Of a stretch of DNA of 64,000 bases, positions 1 through 11,271 are shown piece after piece; position 1 is the stretch's first letter, and the number at the start of each line of letters is the position of its first letter. The stretch is taken from the NCBI GenBank assembly GCA_044870765.1, contig JBIOZG010000054.1, forward strand, positions 26,361 through 90,360. Direction: 5' to 3'. The notes beneath the pieces were generated by a model. That model had not been told where the DNA came from. It did not search any database and saw nothing but the letters and a program-made list of their open reading frames with translations. Both the position numbers and the translations under genes were made by a program. The stretch is from Nitrososphaeraceae archaeon. Lineage in GTDB: Archaea; Thermoproteota; Nitrososphaeria; Nitrososphaerales; Nitrososphaeraceae.

Positions 1-12
1 GTGGAATATTGG

Positions 13-375
13 TTATTGATTTTTTGCGTAGGTCGTCATTCCTGTAAAGTCAATTGCCACGCATTTCTCATCTCCAACTACCCATGCATTGTGACCCGGG
101 GGGATGATTCCAACATCACCAGGACCAAATTCTTCCTCTGTGCCATCGTCCATAACAACTTTCATTCTTCCAGAGACCACATATTGTGTGTGTGGTGCTT
201 CACAACTATTTGTTTTCGCTATCGGCTTTACACATTTCTCCCAACTCCATCCAGGCTCGAACTCGGCTCTTCCTATCGTAACTTCACTAAAAGTTGCAAT
301 CTCCACTTTGCCCTTTTCAAATGTTCTTGTTTCATCTGCTGCAGTGTTAAGGTTTTTCTTAATTATCTTTGCCAT
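13..375 (-). CDS. Cupin domain protein
   Basis: FEPGWSW...CEAPHTQYVVSG and PGDVGIIPPGHNAWVVG match the cupin motifs 1 and 2. Confidence 0.9.
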   Translation of the reverse strand: MAKIIKKNLNTAADETRTFEKGKVEIATFSEVTIGRAEFEPGWSWEKCVKPIAKTNSCEAPHTQYVVSGRMKVVMDDGTEEEFGPGDVGIIPPGHNAWVVGDEKCVAIDFTGMTTYAKNQ

Positions 376-558
376 TGAAATTCAAATCACAGATGATTTG
401 ATAATTATTAAACATTTATCAAATCCATAATAAGCAAAGGAGAATAACTGCAAATATTCAATAGCTAAGAACAAGTCTCTTACGTCTAGTATCATCTTGT
501 AAAAATCCGTATTATTGTGAAAAAAACTATATTGAGTGACAATATTAGATGAAATGAA

Positions 559-1572
559 ATGTCAAAGTACGAAAAAACATTGGATATAATATTTGGACGG
601 TGGAGGAGCCAGGTACTTTATGTAGGTGTAAAGCTAGGTGTCTTTGATTGTGCAACATCGAATCCCAAAAATGCTTCTGACATTGCAAAGGAATTGAATC
701 TTGATAATAAATTAGCTTACCGGCTCTTAAGGGCTCTTGGTTCTCTTGGGCTATTGAAGGAGGGTGTAAACCATGATTTTTCAATTACAGGAGAAGGAGA
801 ATTTCTTAAAAAAGACAATCCACAGTCATTGAGAGGAATAACTTTGTTGGAAGAAGGTCATGAGCACTATGCACTTTGGAAGCATTTACATAATATGATT
901 AAAGATGGGAAACAAAACGCTTTTCCACGTGAGTATGGGAAAAAACTATTTGAATTTACCGACAGTAATCCTCCATATAGAAAAGTTTTCGACGAGGCTA
1001 TGAGTAGCTATTCAAGCATTCAAACTACATGGGTATCAGAAGCACTTGATCGCTATGATTTTTCAAATGTAAATTGTGTGTGTGATGTTGGCGGGGGACA
1101 AGGACATTTACTTTGTAGTTTACTTGTGAAATATCCTCACCTTAATGGCATTGTATTGGAGCTAGAGTCAGCTATAAAGAACAAGGAATTATTATGGGCA
1201 GGAAAAATGGGTTTAGAAGATAGATGCAAGTACACAGCTGGAAATATGTTTAATGAGGTTCCAGCTGCGGATGCCTATATAATGAAAATGATTCTACATG
1301 ATTGGTCCGATGACGAATGTGTTAAAATACTCTCCAATATATACAATGCGTCACCTAAGAAAGGAACAGTCCTCATTGCTGAACACTTGGTTCCGAGACC
1401 AGATATACCGCATTTTTCAAAGATTTTTGATATTCACATGATGTGTGTGGCAACGGGAAGGGAACGAACAATTGACGAATACGCTCAATTGCTAAAAAGC
1501 GCCGGTTGGAAACATACCAATACATTTCATTCTCGCTCTGGATTAATGGGAGTAGTGGTGGGTAACAAGTGA
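559..1572 (+). CDS. SAM-dependent O-methyltransferase (Methyltransf_2 with N-terminal dimerisation domain)
   Basis: VCDVGGGQG SAM motif, GNMF, ILHDWSDDEC and GRERT motifs. Confidence 0.93.
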   Translation: MSKYEKTLDIIFGRWRSQVLYVGVKLGVFDCATSNPKNASDIAKELNLDNKLAYRLLRALGSLGLLKEGVNHDFSITGEGEFLKKDNPQSLRGITLLEEGHEHYALWKHLHNMIKDGKQNAFPREYGKKLFEFTDSNPPYRKVFDEAMSSYSSIQTTWVSEALDRYDFSNVNCVCDVGGGQGHLLCSLLVKYPHLNGIVLELESAIKNKELLWAGKMGLEDRCKYTAGNMFNEVPAADAYIMKMILHDWSDDECVKILSNIYNASPKKGTVLIAEHLVPRPDIPHFSKIFDIHMMCVATGRERTIDEYAQLLKSAGWKHTNTFHSRSGLMGVVVGNK

Positions 1573-1716
1573 ATAATAATAATAATAGATCATCCAAAAA
1601 CTTGACCTTTTAAATACTCACTGCAGCTAATCTAAGAATTATCTTCTAAATTTGGGAGTGTGTTTGCCCGGATATCAACTTCTTGTAATGGATATATAAA
1701 ACAGAGTAAATTTTTC

Positions 1717-2205
1717 CTACAATAGAGAAGCTTCGTGTAGGTCATCCAATAATGGAGTTAACGCAACAAGGATTTGCTTTTCTCCAAGTGTTATGTTTGA
1801 GTCGATTTCAAGAGCAATTGAAAGCATTTCCCTGTCCTCTCTTGAAGTAAATACCGCATTTCCAATTATCGCGAATTTTCTACTATTTCTCAGCAACCAT
1901 TCCTTCCATAATTTGGTTCGTCCAAGATTTTGTTCCAGGGTGACAATGGTATAACGTAGGTCTATTCCTTCCTCTTTGTCAAGCAGATTCAATTTTATCA
2001 TCGGAAAGAGAATATTCCCGCCTCTAACATTTTGATGTGTTTGGTTAAGTTTTTCAATAATTTCATCTTCGCTCTCATAAGTTTCTACTAACTCATAGTT
2101 TGGATAGAAGTAAGCAGCCAGATTTCTATTCCAATCATAAATCTTGTAAATCGTATCTTCATATTCTAGCTTCCATCTAGATTTCTTGTTATTACTCCCA
2201 AACAT
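1717..2205 (-). CDS. Hypothetical protein
   Basis: Long protein-like ORF; ATG at 2205 (MFGSNN) preferred over the upstream TTG. Confidence 0.7.
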   Translation of the reverse strand: MFGSNNKKSRWKLEYEDTIYKIYDWNRNLAAYFYPNYELVETYESEDEIIEKLNQTHQNVRGGNILFPMIKLNLLDKEEGIDLRYTIVTLEQNLGRTKLWKEWLLRNSRKFAIIGNAVFTSREDREMLSIALEIDSNITLGEKQILVALTPLLDDLHEASLL

Positions 2206-2276
2206 CGAACTAATAGTAAGTTGAAAGAATATATCTAAATTGGTTATCCTAATCAAAACTATAATATCAATTAGGA

Positions 2277-3242
2277 CTAGTCATTTCTGATACTAATTAT
2301 CATCTTCTCACAATGTTCATCTGTCCAAACTCCGACACCTTGTAATTTGCCTGTCCATTTTCCATCAGTTCTATCCACGCAGACATCTGTCATCGCATTG
2401 AAATAGGCCTCCGTAACTGCAGCACTATTACTTTTATCAGCATTCTTGGTTGCTTCTGTAAAATTTACATTACTTATAGCATAGCCAGCGTTATTTTTCA
2501 GATCATCGACATATACTTTTTCTAACTGTACGTCTTCTCTAGTTCCAATGCCATGCCCCGACACGTACGTGTCAAAATCATAGCTTAGTGCCTTATCATA
2601 GGACTGAATGTAAGAAGGTACATGAGGTGTAGTTGCAAGGTGTTTCCAGGGTGTTCCTCCAGGAGAAAATTGATCTACCAACATCAATATCTTATGTTGG
2701 GGAGCATAAATGAAAATATTTCCGTTTTGATGGTATGGCCCACCATAAGCTAATTGCACAGTAGTGTTGCCAAGAGTTATTGTTGTTTCATTATCAAATA
2801 TTTTTGTTGGTAACGGCCTGTCCGTATGATTACCCATTTTCAAGAAATTAGATGTATCTTTGTGTGCAATTACTTCTATTCCGGAAGGAAGCTCATGAGC
2901 GCCTCCGATGTGATCTCTATGGGAATGGCTGTAGATCAGATATTTTATTGGCTCATTAGTAACTTCAGCAATTGCATCAACAATCTTGTGGCCTATATCC
3001 GGAGGAGAGTCAACCACAATGATACCATCTCCCGTTACTAAAAACATGCTATTGTAACCACTTGAGGTGACCACAAATGCGCCTCCCCCTACATCTATTA
3101 ACTCATAACCTTTTTCGTTTGCAGATTGTGCATGAATGATATTCTGATTTGTCAAATCAATTAAAGAAACAAAAATTAAAAAAATACTGCCTGCAAATAA
3201 TCCATTTTTACACACATTGATTATTTTTGACCTAGACTTCAT
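2277..3242 (-). CDS. Secreted MBL-fold metallo-hydrolase
   Basis: N-terminal hydrophobic segment; YSHSHRDHIGG (HxHxDH) and SGHG motifs. Confidence 0.9.
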   Translation of the reverse strand: MKSRSKIINVCKNGLFAGSIFLIFVSLIDLTNQNIIHAQSANEKGYELIDVGGGAFVVTSSGYNSMFLVTGDGIIVVDSPPDIGHKIVDAIAEVTNEPIKYLIYSHSHRDHIGGAHELPSGIEVIAHKDTSNFLKMGNHTDRPLPTKIFDNETTITLGNTTVQLAYGGPYHQNGNIFIYAPQHKILMLVDQFSPGGTPWKHLATTPHVPSYIQSYDKALSYDFDTYVSGHGIGTREDVQLEKVYVDDLKNNAGYAISNVNFTEATKNADKSNSAAVTEAYFNAMTDVCVDRTDGKWTGKLQGVGVWTDEHCEKMIISIRND

Positions 3243-3479
3243 ATTATTCTGTTTGAGTTTAAAGGATAATAAGGTTTGTGAGAAAAAGACGATTTTAATT
3301 AGAACAAGCTCTTAATAGAAGATTACGATAAATTAAAGATAATTAAATGTAGTTGCACACTCTCTTTCTCTGAAATTGCCCAAGTAAAACTTGCTAATTG
3401 ACATCATATTTTGCGTTTGGTGGACGTAATTTGGACATAAATTGGATAAATCTTTTTAAAAGAAATTTTTGTAGTTTAA

Positions 3480-4073
3480 GTGAAAATAATCATGAAGAGA
3501 AATACTAGAACTATACTTCGCCTTATAGTTATTGTGGCCTTGTTGCCTTCACTACTGATGGTAACGAGATCGCAGACAACTTTTGCTGCACCACCTGATC
3601 CTCAAGCATTTGTGAATATGACAGAGGAACAAAGGGCTCAGGCTGCTAAGAATATGACTCCAAACGAAAAGGAGATGATAATGAATGAGTTTTCGAAACA
3701 GAACGCCACAGTTAATGAAAGCATGAATGAGACTAAAATGACAAACGATACGATGACTCTAATGGGCAATTTCGTTGAGGCAGGAGATGGATTTCACAAA
3801 GCCGAAGGTATCGTCAAGGTAATCAACCTTGCAGATGGTAGAACTTTCCTAAGGCTGGAAAATCTAAAGACTACTAACGGACCAGATCTCTATGTTTATC
3901 TGTCTGTAGGTAAGGATCCATCGGATATTGTCAATCTTGGAAGGTTAAAAGGGAACATCGGAAATCAGAATTACGAAATTCCTGCAGGAACAGATCTATC
4001 AAAATACGATACAGTCCTTATATGGTGCAAAGCCTTTTCGACCCTGTTTGGTAGCGCAAAACTATCAAGTTAA
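3480..4073 (+). CDS. DM13 domain protein (secreted)
   Basis: Signal peptide; NGPDLYVYLS, LKGNIGNQNY and VLIWCKAFSTLFGSA are DM13 signatures. Confidence 0.9.
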   Translation: MKIIMKRNTRTILRLIVIVALLPSLLMVTRSQTTFAAPPDPQAFVNMTEEQRAQAAKNMTPNEKEMIMNEFSKQNATVNESMNETKMTNDTMTLMGNFVEAGDGFHKAEGIVKVINLADGRTFLRLENLKTTNGPDLYVYLSVGKDPSDIVNLGRLKGNIGNQNYEIPAGTDLSKYDTVLIWCKAFSTLFGSAKLSS

Positions 4074-4097
4074 TAGTCATAAGTGGTACTAGCATTT

Positions 4098-4289
4098 ATG
4101 AAAAAAAGGACAGTTATTATTTTAGTCATAATATCTATAGTCGCAATTTCTATTGCATTATATACAATTCTTCCGCTATTTACTAACACAGTGGTAGATG
4201 AACCATTGCCTACAGCATCAGGCATAACTTTAGCTGGATTTGAGATTGAGAATTTAGTCAACAGAGAGGTCAATCAGATTCAGGTTTAG
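4098..4289 (+). pseudogene. Probable truncated N-terminus of a second DM13-type membrane-anchored protein
   Basis: TM helix followed by PLFTNTVVDEPLP, a linker recalled from DM13 proteins; no domain follows. Confidence 0.5.
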
Positions 4290-4363
4290 ATTCAAAGACA
4301 ATCAAAATTCATATATTTCTTTTCTGGTAACACATAAGTTTAAAGAGGTAGGACAACAAAAAC

Positions 4364-5095
4364 ATGAACGAAAACATTCTAATATTTGATAAAATCAAAG
4401 AACTACGGAAAGTTTGCAAAATAGTTTCAATACTAAAATCACAACTAATAAAAGAGTTACCACACTATGGACACAATGCACTTTTTTTGAATGATGATCA
4501 AATAACTACTGGTGTGTTAAACAATACAACAGAAATTACAATACACTTGATTACTGGACAACTTCTTTACTTCTATAACGAACAGTTGTCATTTGTAGAC
4601 TTGACTGAACATAATCTAGTAGAAAAATTGGAGCGGATTGTTACCAAATATGAACTTGAAATGCCACAAACGGAAGCTCTGACAAGCTTGCGTGGTGAGG
4701 ATTTATCTTACTATCTCTCATTTGCAAAAAAGGCTAACAAAAGTCTCAAACTGTTTCGAATGAAATTAAGGGGGCATTTGACCCATGTGCATTTGTGGCC
4801 AGATGGATTTGATTTCTCATTAGAGTGGTTTACTGATAAAAGGAATCAACAGATTGGTATTGGGATCTCTCCAGGAGAGAATCAATACGAAACACCTTAT
4901 CTTTACGTAAATCCTTATCCGTTTGATGAAAAAATGCTAGAACAACAATTGTTCATAGGACAATGGCACATGTCTGGTTGGAATGGAATTAAAGTAGAAT
5001 GGAAAGAGCTTCAAAATAAGACTGTACGAGAAATCTCTGACGATATTTATGACTTGTTTCTAATTGCTCAACTCAATTTCAGTAAGGAAAAATGA
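4364..5095 (+). CDS. DUF5996-like protein
   Basis: HLWPDGFDFS and GISPGE..YETPYLYVNPYP motifs. Confidence 0.7.
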   Translation: MNENILIFDKIKELRKVCKIVSILKSQLIKELPHYGHNALFLNDDQITTGVLNNTTEITIHLITGQLLYFYNEQLSFVDLTEHNLVEKLERIVTKYELEMPQTEALTSLRGEDLSYYLSFAKKANKSLKLFRMKLRGHLTHVHLWPDGFDFSLEWFTDKRNQQIGIGISPGENQYETPYLYVNPYPFDEKMLEQQLFIGQWHMSGWNGIKVEWKELQNKTVREISDDIYDLFLIAQLNFSKEK

Positions 5096-5389
5096 ACTAG
5101 TTTATTTACAACTTAGTCATATTTTAGAACAAAATCTAGTATTTATTTCAAACCACAGAACAAAAAGTTCTCTTCATAAAGAAACTAGAATTCATGATTT
5201 TATTAAATAAAAATCAAAGTCAAGCTGTTCTTTCGAAGAATAGGGATTGGATCCTGGTAACTTTTTATATTAAATTTGGAATTTAACATGAACAAGACAA
5301 TATTGTAGCAATAAACTCATACATTATTCCATCTTTTTTACTAATTAACTTAAATCTCCAGAAACATGATATAGCGTAATTGAATTGAA

Positions 5390-6634
5390 TTGAACGGTGC
5401 TGGTGAAATAAAGATACAAGAGTTAAAAGCACGTGTTCACCAGGATGCTGGGAGAACAGATGAAAACTATCGGATAGGTGTAGAGATTGAAGGATGTTTA
5501 CTTGACAACAAGGCTATCCCAGTCAATGCAGAGCCATTAATAAAAGAACTCGAGGGTAGTATTTATGAGATAGACTACGAGTATGGTCGCTGTCAATTTG
5601 AATACAAGACGTTTCCAGTAGGAATGGACAACTTGGACTATCTTAATATCGTATTCGAAAATTTTATGGAAAATCTGGATAAATCCATAAAAAAAGTGTA
5701 CAAAGAGAAAGAAGTCATTCCAGTATTTCTTGGCGCAAATCCCTCACCTGAAATAATGAAAGAAGGGATGATAACTGATAAACCACGTTATTACAAGATG
5801 GCATCGTGGCAGAACAATCTTCCAAATGTTGAAATTGACGGTAACAAATTTAACGCTGCTCATGTAGCCACTGCAATTCAGGGATATCATCTTCATCTAC
5901 AAGGAAAAAATCCAAAAAATACTGCAATTATGTTCAATCATATTTTAAACATATTACCGTCCGCAATCGTACTAGGTGCGAACAGTAGACTGTTTGCCGG
6001 CAGGGTATACTCCCTTCATGAACCAAGAATTTACCTATATGATCAATCAGAACAACAGAATTCAGGATTCCCTGCAGTTCCTAGATACTTGGACGGCGTT
6101 GAAAACTACATCGACTATATTGCATCACGTGAACAAAATACCACAAAAGATTATTTCACACTTGAGAAAGAAAGACATGACGATGCGCGAATCCGTATCG
6201 GTACTGATTCGTATCGAGTAGAAACCAGAATCATGTCTGTTCAGCCCACTCCAAAAAGCTTACTGGCAATGGTTGAGTTTTTTATTGGTTATTTGAGTAG
6301 GGCCATTCATGAAGAAAGGGAATTAAGACCGCTTCCTACATTGAGGGAAGAGAGGATGGCAACTGTTAGATATGGATTTAATGCCAAAACTCATTTCAAC
6401 ATCATAGATATTGTAAGAAATCAGCTTAATTTTGCGCGAAAAGGTTTGTCTGACTTGGGTATCAATGTGGGGTTCCTTGACATACTCGATAAAAGGTTAG
6501 AAAATAGAGTTTCCCCGGGAGAGTACGTAGTTAGAATATGGAGTGAAAAATTCAACGGGTCAGTTAACCAAACTGTATATGAAATCATATCGGATATCTG
6601 GCAAAGGACTAAGGAAAATCAACCCATCACCTGA
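5390..6634 (+). CDS. Glutamate-cysteine ligase family 2 (GCS2)-like carboxylate-amine ligase
   Basis: IGVEIEG, QFEYKT, GYHLHLQ, ANS and RVETR motifs. Confidence 0.85.
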   Translation: MNGAGEIKIQELKARVHQDAGRTDENYRIGVEIEGCLLDNKAIPVNAEPLIKELEGSIYEIDYEYGRCQFEYKTFPVGMDNLDYLNIVFENFMENLDKSIKKVYKEKEVIPVFLGANPSPEIMKEGMITDKPRYYKMASWQNNLPNVEIDGNKFNAAHVATAIQGYHLHLQGKNPKNTAIMFNHILNILPSAIVLGANSRLFAGRVYSLHEPRIYLYDQSEQQNSGFPAVPRYLDGVENYIDYIASREQNTTKDYFTLEKERHDDARIRIGTDSYRVETRIMSVQPTPKSLLAMVEFFIGYLSRAIHEERELRPLPTLREERMATVRYGFNAKTHFNIIDIVRNQLNFARKGLSDLGINVGFLDILDKRLENRVSPGEYVVRIWSEKFNGSVNQTVYEIISDIWQRTKENQPIT

Positions 6635-6774
6635 CATAATCAAAAATACCATTTATTGATAAATTTATGGCTGATAAATCTGTGGTTCATGTATAGTAGA
6701 CAGGAAAAATTAACACGTATACCAATTTGTGCTGATTCCTCACGTTAAGAGTATGAAGGATAATTGTTCACAAA

Positions 6775-7194
6775 ATGAGATCAAGACATAGTGAACAAAG
6801 CCAGTCATGTGAAGGAGGCGTCCCTTTAGATCCTAATAAATTTGGTGGATATGGGTTTGCCATCAATACTAAAGGATGGGATACAAAAAGAGAACCAACG
6901 CACAACTGTCATGATCAACACAAGTCAGGTTTAATTCCAACGAATCTAGAAAATGATAAAGCTGCAAGATTACGACAAACGTTTAAAGATGAGTCTGGAA
7001 AGGTGCATCAGATAGGGGATATTGACTTTATGGATGGAAATGGATTTCATAAGGTAATGGACATATTTGATAGTTCACCGAATCCATGGATGGTCGATAG
7101 GAACCTTTACGAGACAAAGTCATATTTTTGGATTAGAAATAATGGCTCTGGTTATATTACAGTCAGGGATGTGAGCTTGGAAATTCTTTCATAG
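6775..7194 (+). CDS. Hypothetical beta-rich protein, probably an N-terminally truncated remnant
   Basis: Protein-like ORF that begins abruptly at MRSRH; upstream frames contain stops. Confidence 0.5.
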   Translation: MRSRHSEQSQSCEGGVPLDPNKFGGYGFAINTKGWDTKREPTHNCHDQHKSGLIPTNLENDKAARLRQTFKDESGKVHQIGDIDFMDGNGFHKVMDIFDSSPNPWMVDRNLYETKSYFWIRNNGSGYITVRDVSLEILS

Positions 7195-7207
7195 AATCAA
7201 TTTTTTA

Positions 7208-7771
7208 CTAGTCCGATATCTGTACGGGATTGATAAATAGCCATTTTGCTTCATCAAAAGAAATTTCAACTACAAGTTTATAGCTTTGAGGTGCTATGTC
7301 TTTTGGTACAGTAAAACTGAAATTTGCACAATCTTGAGTAGTGAAATTCGCACAGTCATTACTTTTTATCTCAAGCGCTGTGACGTTATTATTCGCAATT
7401 ACATCCTCTGTCTCAGAATCGCTAACCAAATAGATCTTGGATAACATTGGAGCCAGATTCGTACCGCAATTATCGTTACTATCACATTCCAGTTGTAGAG
7501 ATGAACCATTTATTTTCTTGTTTAATATCATGTCCTCAATGGATATTGCATGAAGATTTTTTTCAATTACAGTTTCATCCCCATAATCAATCGAAAAGCT
7601 AGGATCTAATTTGTATTCACCTCCATCAGTAATGATTTTAGCGATAGGTATGTTATCGAATGGAACAGCGGCAAATTGAATGGCGTAAACACGACCAAAA
7701 TTCGTCGCTAGCGTATTTGTCGTAAAAATGAAAATGATTCCAAATAATAAAATATACAGGCTTGTTGTCAT
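7208..7771 (-). CDS. Secreted hypothetical protein
   Basis: Signal peptide and paired cysteines. Confidence 0.75.
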   Translation of the reverse strand: MTTSLYILLFGIIFIFTTNTLATNFGRVYAIQFAAVPFDNIPIAKIITDGGEYKLDPSFSIDYGDETVIEKNLHAISIEDMILNKKINGSSLQLECDSNDNCGTNLAPMLSKIYLVSDSETEDVIANNNVTALEIKSNDCANFTTQDCANFSFTVPKDIAPQSYKLVVEISFDEAKWLFINPVQISD

Positions 7772-8193
7772 CCATGTAACATAAGGGAGTACTTAAATAA
7801 ACCTTATGAGGGTTGCAACCTACCTACAAACTAAGGGAATTAAAGAATTTTTATACAAAATATGACTAGAACCGATGTTGAATTTTAGGTGCCTCTCTAC
7901 AATAAATCGTAAATCACCGTTGCTGTAATGCACTTAATAAATAAATTAACTGCCATCTTAAAACTGGTGATAAGGTCACATAGGGGAGCGTGGATTACCA
8001 ATAAACCGAAAGGATGGCATGAAATTCATACTGCTTGGAAGGTGGTTACAAATAGATTTCCTATCTCCATTTGTTTTTTATTTCAAATGATTATTTGGAT
8101 CGGAGGTTCCTTTAAGCCCTGATCCATAAGTTAAATAATATTACAAAATTTTCTCGTGTAAAAATGTATATCCAATAGATTTAGAAATTCTTA

Positions 8194-8778
8194 TTACAAT
8201 CGATTTGTTAAAGACAGGTTAGCATTATTTTCACTTTTCCAGATTAAAGAACCATTTACCTGATATTCTTTCCCCAAGGCGTCATCCCCTATGTAAAACT
8301 GAATTGTGCCATCTAGTGCTTCTTGTGATGCCTCATGTTTCTCTTCATTAGGAATGATGCTACTAAAATAACCATAAATATGAAACATTTTCGATTCACC
8401 TTCGTCTGTGACCTTCAAAAGACCATGTAACATCCGGCCACTTGAATTGTCCAGGCGAAATCCTTCTTTATTCTCACTTGTGAAGAAATAGTTACAGTTA
8501 CCTGTCGGACACAGATCGCTGCGGTTTGATATTCCGATATCAAAATTTTGAATATCATAATAGATGAGATTTGGATCGGAGGTTCCTTCGTGGTCTTCAA
8601 TAATCGAAGCATTTATTGAAATACGGTCAGCGGAAACATCGGCTAAATCCAATTGGCCATTTAACTCAAGTGACAGATTAGATAAGAAGATGACTAAGAA
8701 CGAAAATAAACAGGATATGATAAGAGCAGGGAACTTCTTATGCTGTGTGGTGCGGTTTGATATCAACCAATCTCTCAT
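8194..8778 (-). CDS. Membrane-anchored or secreted hypothetical protein
   Basis: N-terminal TM segment; LCPTGNC motif. Confidence 0.7.
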   Translation of the reverse strand: MRDWLISNRTTQHKKFPALIISCLFSFLVIFLSNLSLELNGQLDLADVSADRISINASIIEDHEGTSDPNLIYYDIQNFDIGISNRSDLCPTGNCNYFFTSENKEGFRLDNSSGRMLHGLLKVTDEGESKMFHIYGYFSSIIPNEEKHEASQEALDGTIQFYIGDDALGKEYQVNGSLIWKSENNANLSLTNRL

Positions 8779-8846
8779 ATGAACAAGATACTATTATCTA
8801 TTGCTTCAGTTTTTTCTAAATCTTAAGTATAAGACAGTTCTAGTTC

Positions 8847-8874
8847 AACATAATTTTAGTAACATAATTTTAGT
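8847..8874. repeat. Perfect 14-bp tandem duplication (AACATAATTTTAGT x2)
   Basis: Read directly from the sequence; intergenic. Confidence 0.9.
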
Positions 8875-9080
8875 AGCACGCCTTTGAAAAACCCTTGCTC
8901 TTACCGCAAAAACATTCATTTTCCTTTACGTCCTGCTGTGAAGAGAGATTTCGTGTTGGCAAGATTATTCTAATTGAAGATGATAATAATCGACAGTATC
9001 ATAATCAATAGAATGCCAAATCCAATCATAGCCATAATCTTTAAACTTTCAAAGGTTAGTCTCACTACCAATGTAGTGCA

Positions 9081-9320
9081 TTAAAGGTAATAATTATTTG
9101 TGACGGTTGTAAGCCTAATTTTCTGAAGTTTTGGTGCAGCGGAATCATAAAGGATGTATACAGCTATTATTTTTATTCTTACTTTAAACACATTGCAAGT
9201 ACATTTTAGACAATAAGCATATCCTTCTTTGTCATAGTCATGAAATTTTCTGATGATGACATTGAAGACATCTGTCAGAATTTTTGTCCGCCGAACTCTT
9301 GTTTCCACTCTCGCTTAAAA
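9081..9320 (-). pseudogene. Frameshifted Cys/His Zn-binding microprotein, paralog of 28442-28567
   Basis: One frame gives SSADKNSDRCLQCHHQK and another continues FHDYDKEGYAYCLKCTCNVF. Confidence 0.5.
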
Positions 9321-9592
9321 CCTTTTAAATTCAAGTCAAATTCCAATCCCTATATTCTTTGTTGGCAACAATTGGATATTGTGATGCTTTATATTATAAA
9401 ATAGTAACAAATTGATTTAGATAATAGGAAAATACAGGATCATAAGATTCGAAGGCTAATAATTTCCAAACCAAATATTTATAAAAACTTAAGTTGGATT
9501 TGCAGTTTTGATCTTATCAAGATTGAAGTAAAAAGACAAAATCAGTTGTATTATTCATTCATATTACGGAAAGAATAGATCTAATCTTAACT

Positions 9593-9835
9593 ATGAGTTA
9601 CAGTGGAAACGACGATAGCGGTCGTGAAGGCAAAAGGAGTTTTGGCGCAGGCCCAAAGCCAGTCGAAATGGGAAAGGAATACGAAGTTGAAATATCAGAA
9701 ATGAGTAAAAGAGGCGATGGAATTGCTAGAGTCCAAGGATTTGTAATTTTCGTCGCAGGTGCAAAGGCCGGACAGAAGACAAAGATAAGAATTACCAGTG
9801 TTGGAGACCGATTTGCAAAAGGAGAAGTCATTTAA
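9593..9835 (+). CDS. Single-TRAM-domain RNA chaperone (archaeal cold-shock-like)
   Basis: PKPVEMGKEYEVEI...RGDGIARVQGFVIFVAG. Confidence 0.93.
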   Translation: MSYSGNDDSGREGKRSFGAGPKPVEMGKEYEVEISEMSKRGDGIARVQGFVIFVAGAKAGQKTKIRITSVGDRFAKGEVI

Positions 9836-10262
9836 ATAGAAAAGATTGCCTCCAAAAAATACATAGTCGATGCTTATCTTTAACCGATCCTAATGTTAGG
9901 ACTATTTTGTTAAATTACGCTTTACGTCATTGTTGTCATATTTTGAGTATAATCCAAGTAACGCTTTTAGAAATAGTTCGTCTTCGGAATAGAAGAAATC
10001 AAGTCATAAAGGATAACGATTGGGCTTACTCGTTCAGATAAAAGAAAAATGTGATTCTGAGTAAATAACATAAAAAGCACAAGCGTCAACTACATCAATT
10101 AAACTTTGTTGTGTATTTTGATCCAATGAGTGAAAAGGTAGATAATAACAGGAACTATAAAAGACGTTAGGATTTATATTAAAATATGTGGTGCTCAAAT
10201 GTGAAGATTCTAGTTCTATCTCCAAGTAGGCTAGGTAGAGATACTCGCGAGGTGAGGTCACC

Positions 10263-10511
10263 TTGAGAAAACCTAAACCCACGATAAGTGCAATAGTATA
10301 TCCGGAAGAGAAATTAAGGTTCATCGGCAAAAAATTAGCGAATCCTAGATTGTCCGAATATCGAAAAAAGGAGTATATTAGACGTTTTGTCGGTGAGCAT
10401 TGTGCCATATGTCATGAAGTACCTACAAAGATTGCACATTATGATATGGGGGGAATCTCATTGGTTGAGAAATACTGTGACAAGTGTATAGAAAAGATAA
10501 AGGTTACTTGA
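10263..10511 (+). CDS. Small Zn-finger protein
   Basis: CAIC...YCDKC. Confidence 0.7.
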   Translation: MRKPKPTISAIVYPEEKLRFIGKKLANPRLSEYRKKEYIRRFVGEHCAICHEVPTKIAHYDMGGISLVEKYCDKCIEKIKVT

Positions 10512-10884
10512 CAGTACCATTGAGTTAATGGGTGGTCCTCTTCAACAAAACATAAAATAAAACAGTTACTATCGAAGTAATAAATATGATATTGTAGATA
10601 GGATAGAACAGAATGGAAGCAGATGTAATTGACAGGATCAAGAGATTTTTATACGAAAATGCATATTTTACAGGGAAAGGCGATATTGATTGGATATTAG
10701 ACCAAAATGTGTGAAGACCTGATTGAAAAGTACGAATCTTATCTGCATACATGGATTTTAATGAACAAGAACAAATTACGATATAAATGCGATACCACAA
10801 ACAAGTACTATATGAAAAGATAGTTAACCGTCACAAATCGATACACTGTCTTTTTACCTTTTTCATAATTAGGATTCGCACATT

Positions 10885-11175
10885 TTAATTAGGGACAGAG
10901 GTACCAGATTTAGTATACCTCCATTTTAGACATAAGAGGAAAAGGTTCAACGATACACCAATTGCATTTGCTACGACAATTATTATATCTCCCTTTAGTA
11001 TTCCGTAAAATATCCACAGTGAAAGTCCACCAATAAGGGAAATTATGAGCCATTTAGATACGTCATCAGTTTTTTTCGTCTTAAGAGATTTCCTGATCTG
11101 GGGAACTGTACTCCATAAACTGAAAAACATGGCAAGGATTCCCACCAAAAAAATTAAATATTCATTTGTTACCAT
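10885..11175 (-). CDS. SemiSWEET / PQ-loop transporter
   Basis: VPQIRKSLKTKKTDDVS PQ-loop, LWIFYG, AN; three TM helices. Confidence 0.9.
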   Translation of the reverse strand: MVTNEYLIFLVGILAMFFSLWSTVPQIRKSLKTKKTDDVSKWLIISLIGGLSLWIFYGILKGDIIIVVANAIGVSLNLFLLCLKWRYTKSGTSVPN

Positions 11176-11271
11176 GGAAAGACTTGGATCTTGAACTTAA
11201 TACCTTAATTTAAGTATACCAAATATTTTTAATTTACCTAATTTATTTGGGTCAGATTCGGTACAACCACA

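Noticed and set aside
8847-8874. 14-bp duplication as a target-site duplication or operator
   Set aside because: There is no intervening element and no other copy was noticed; simple replication slippage explains it.
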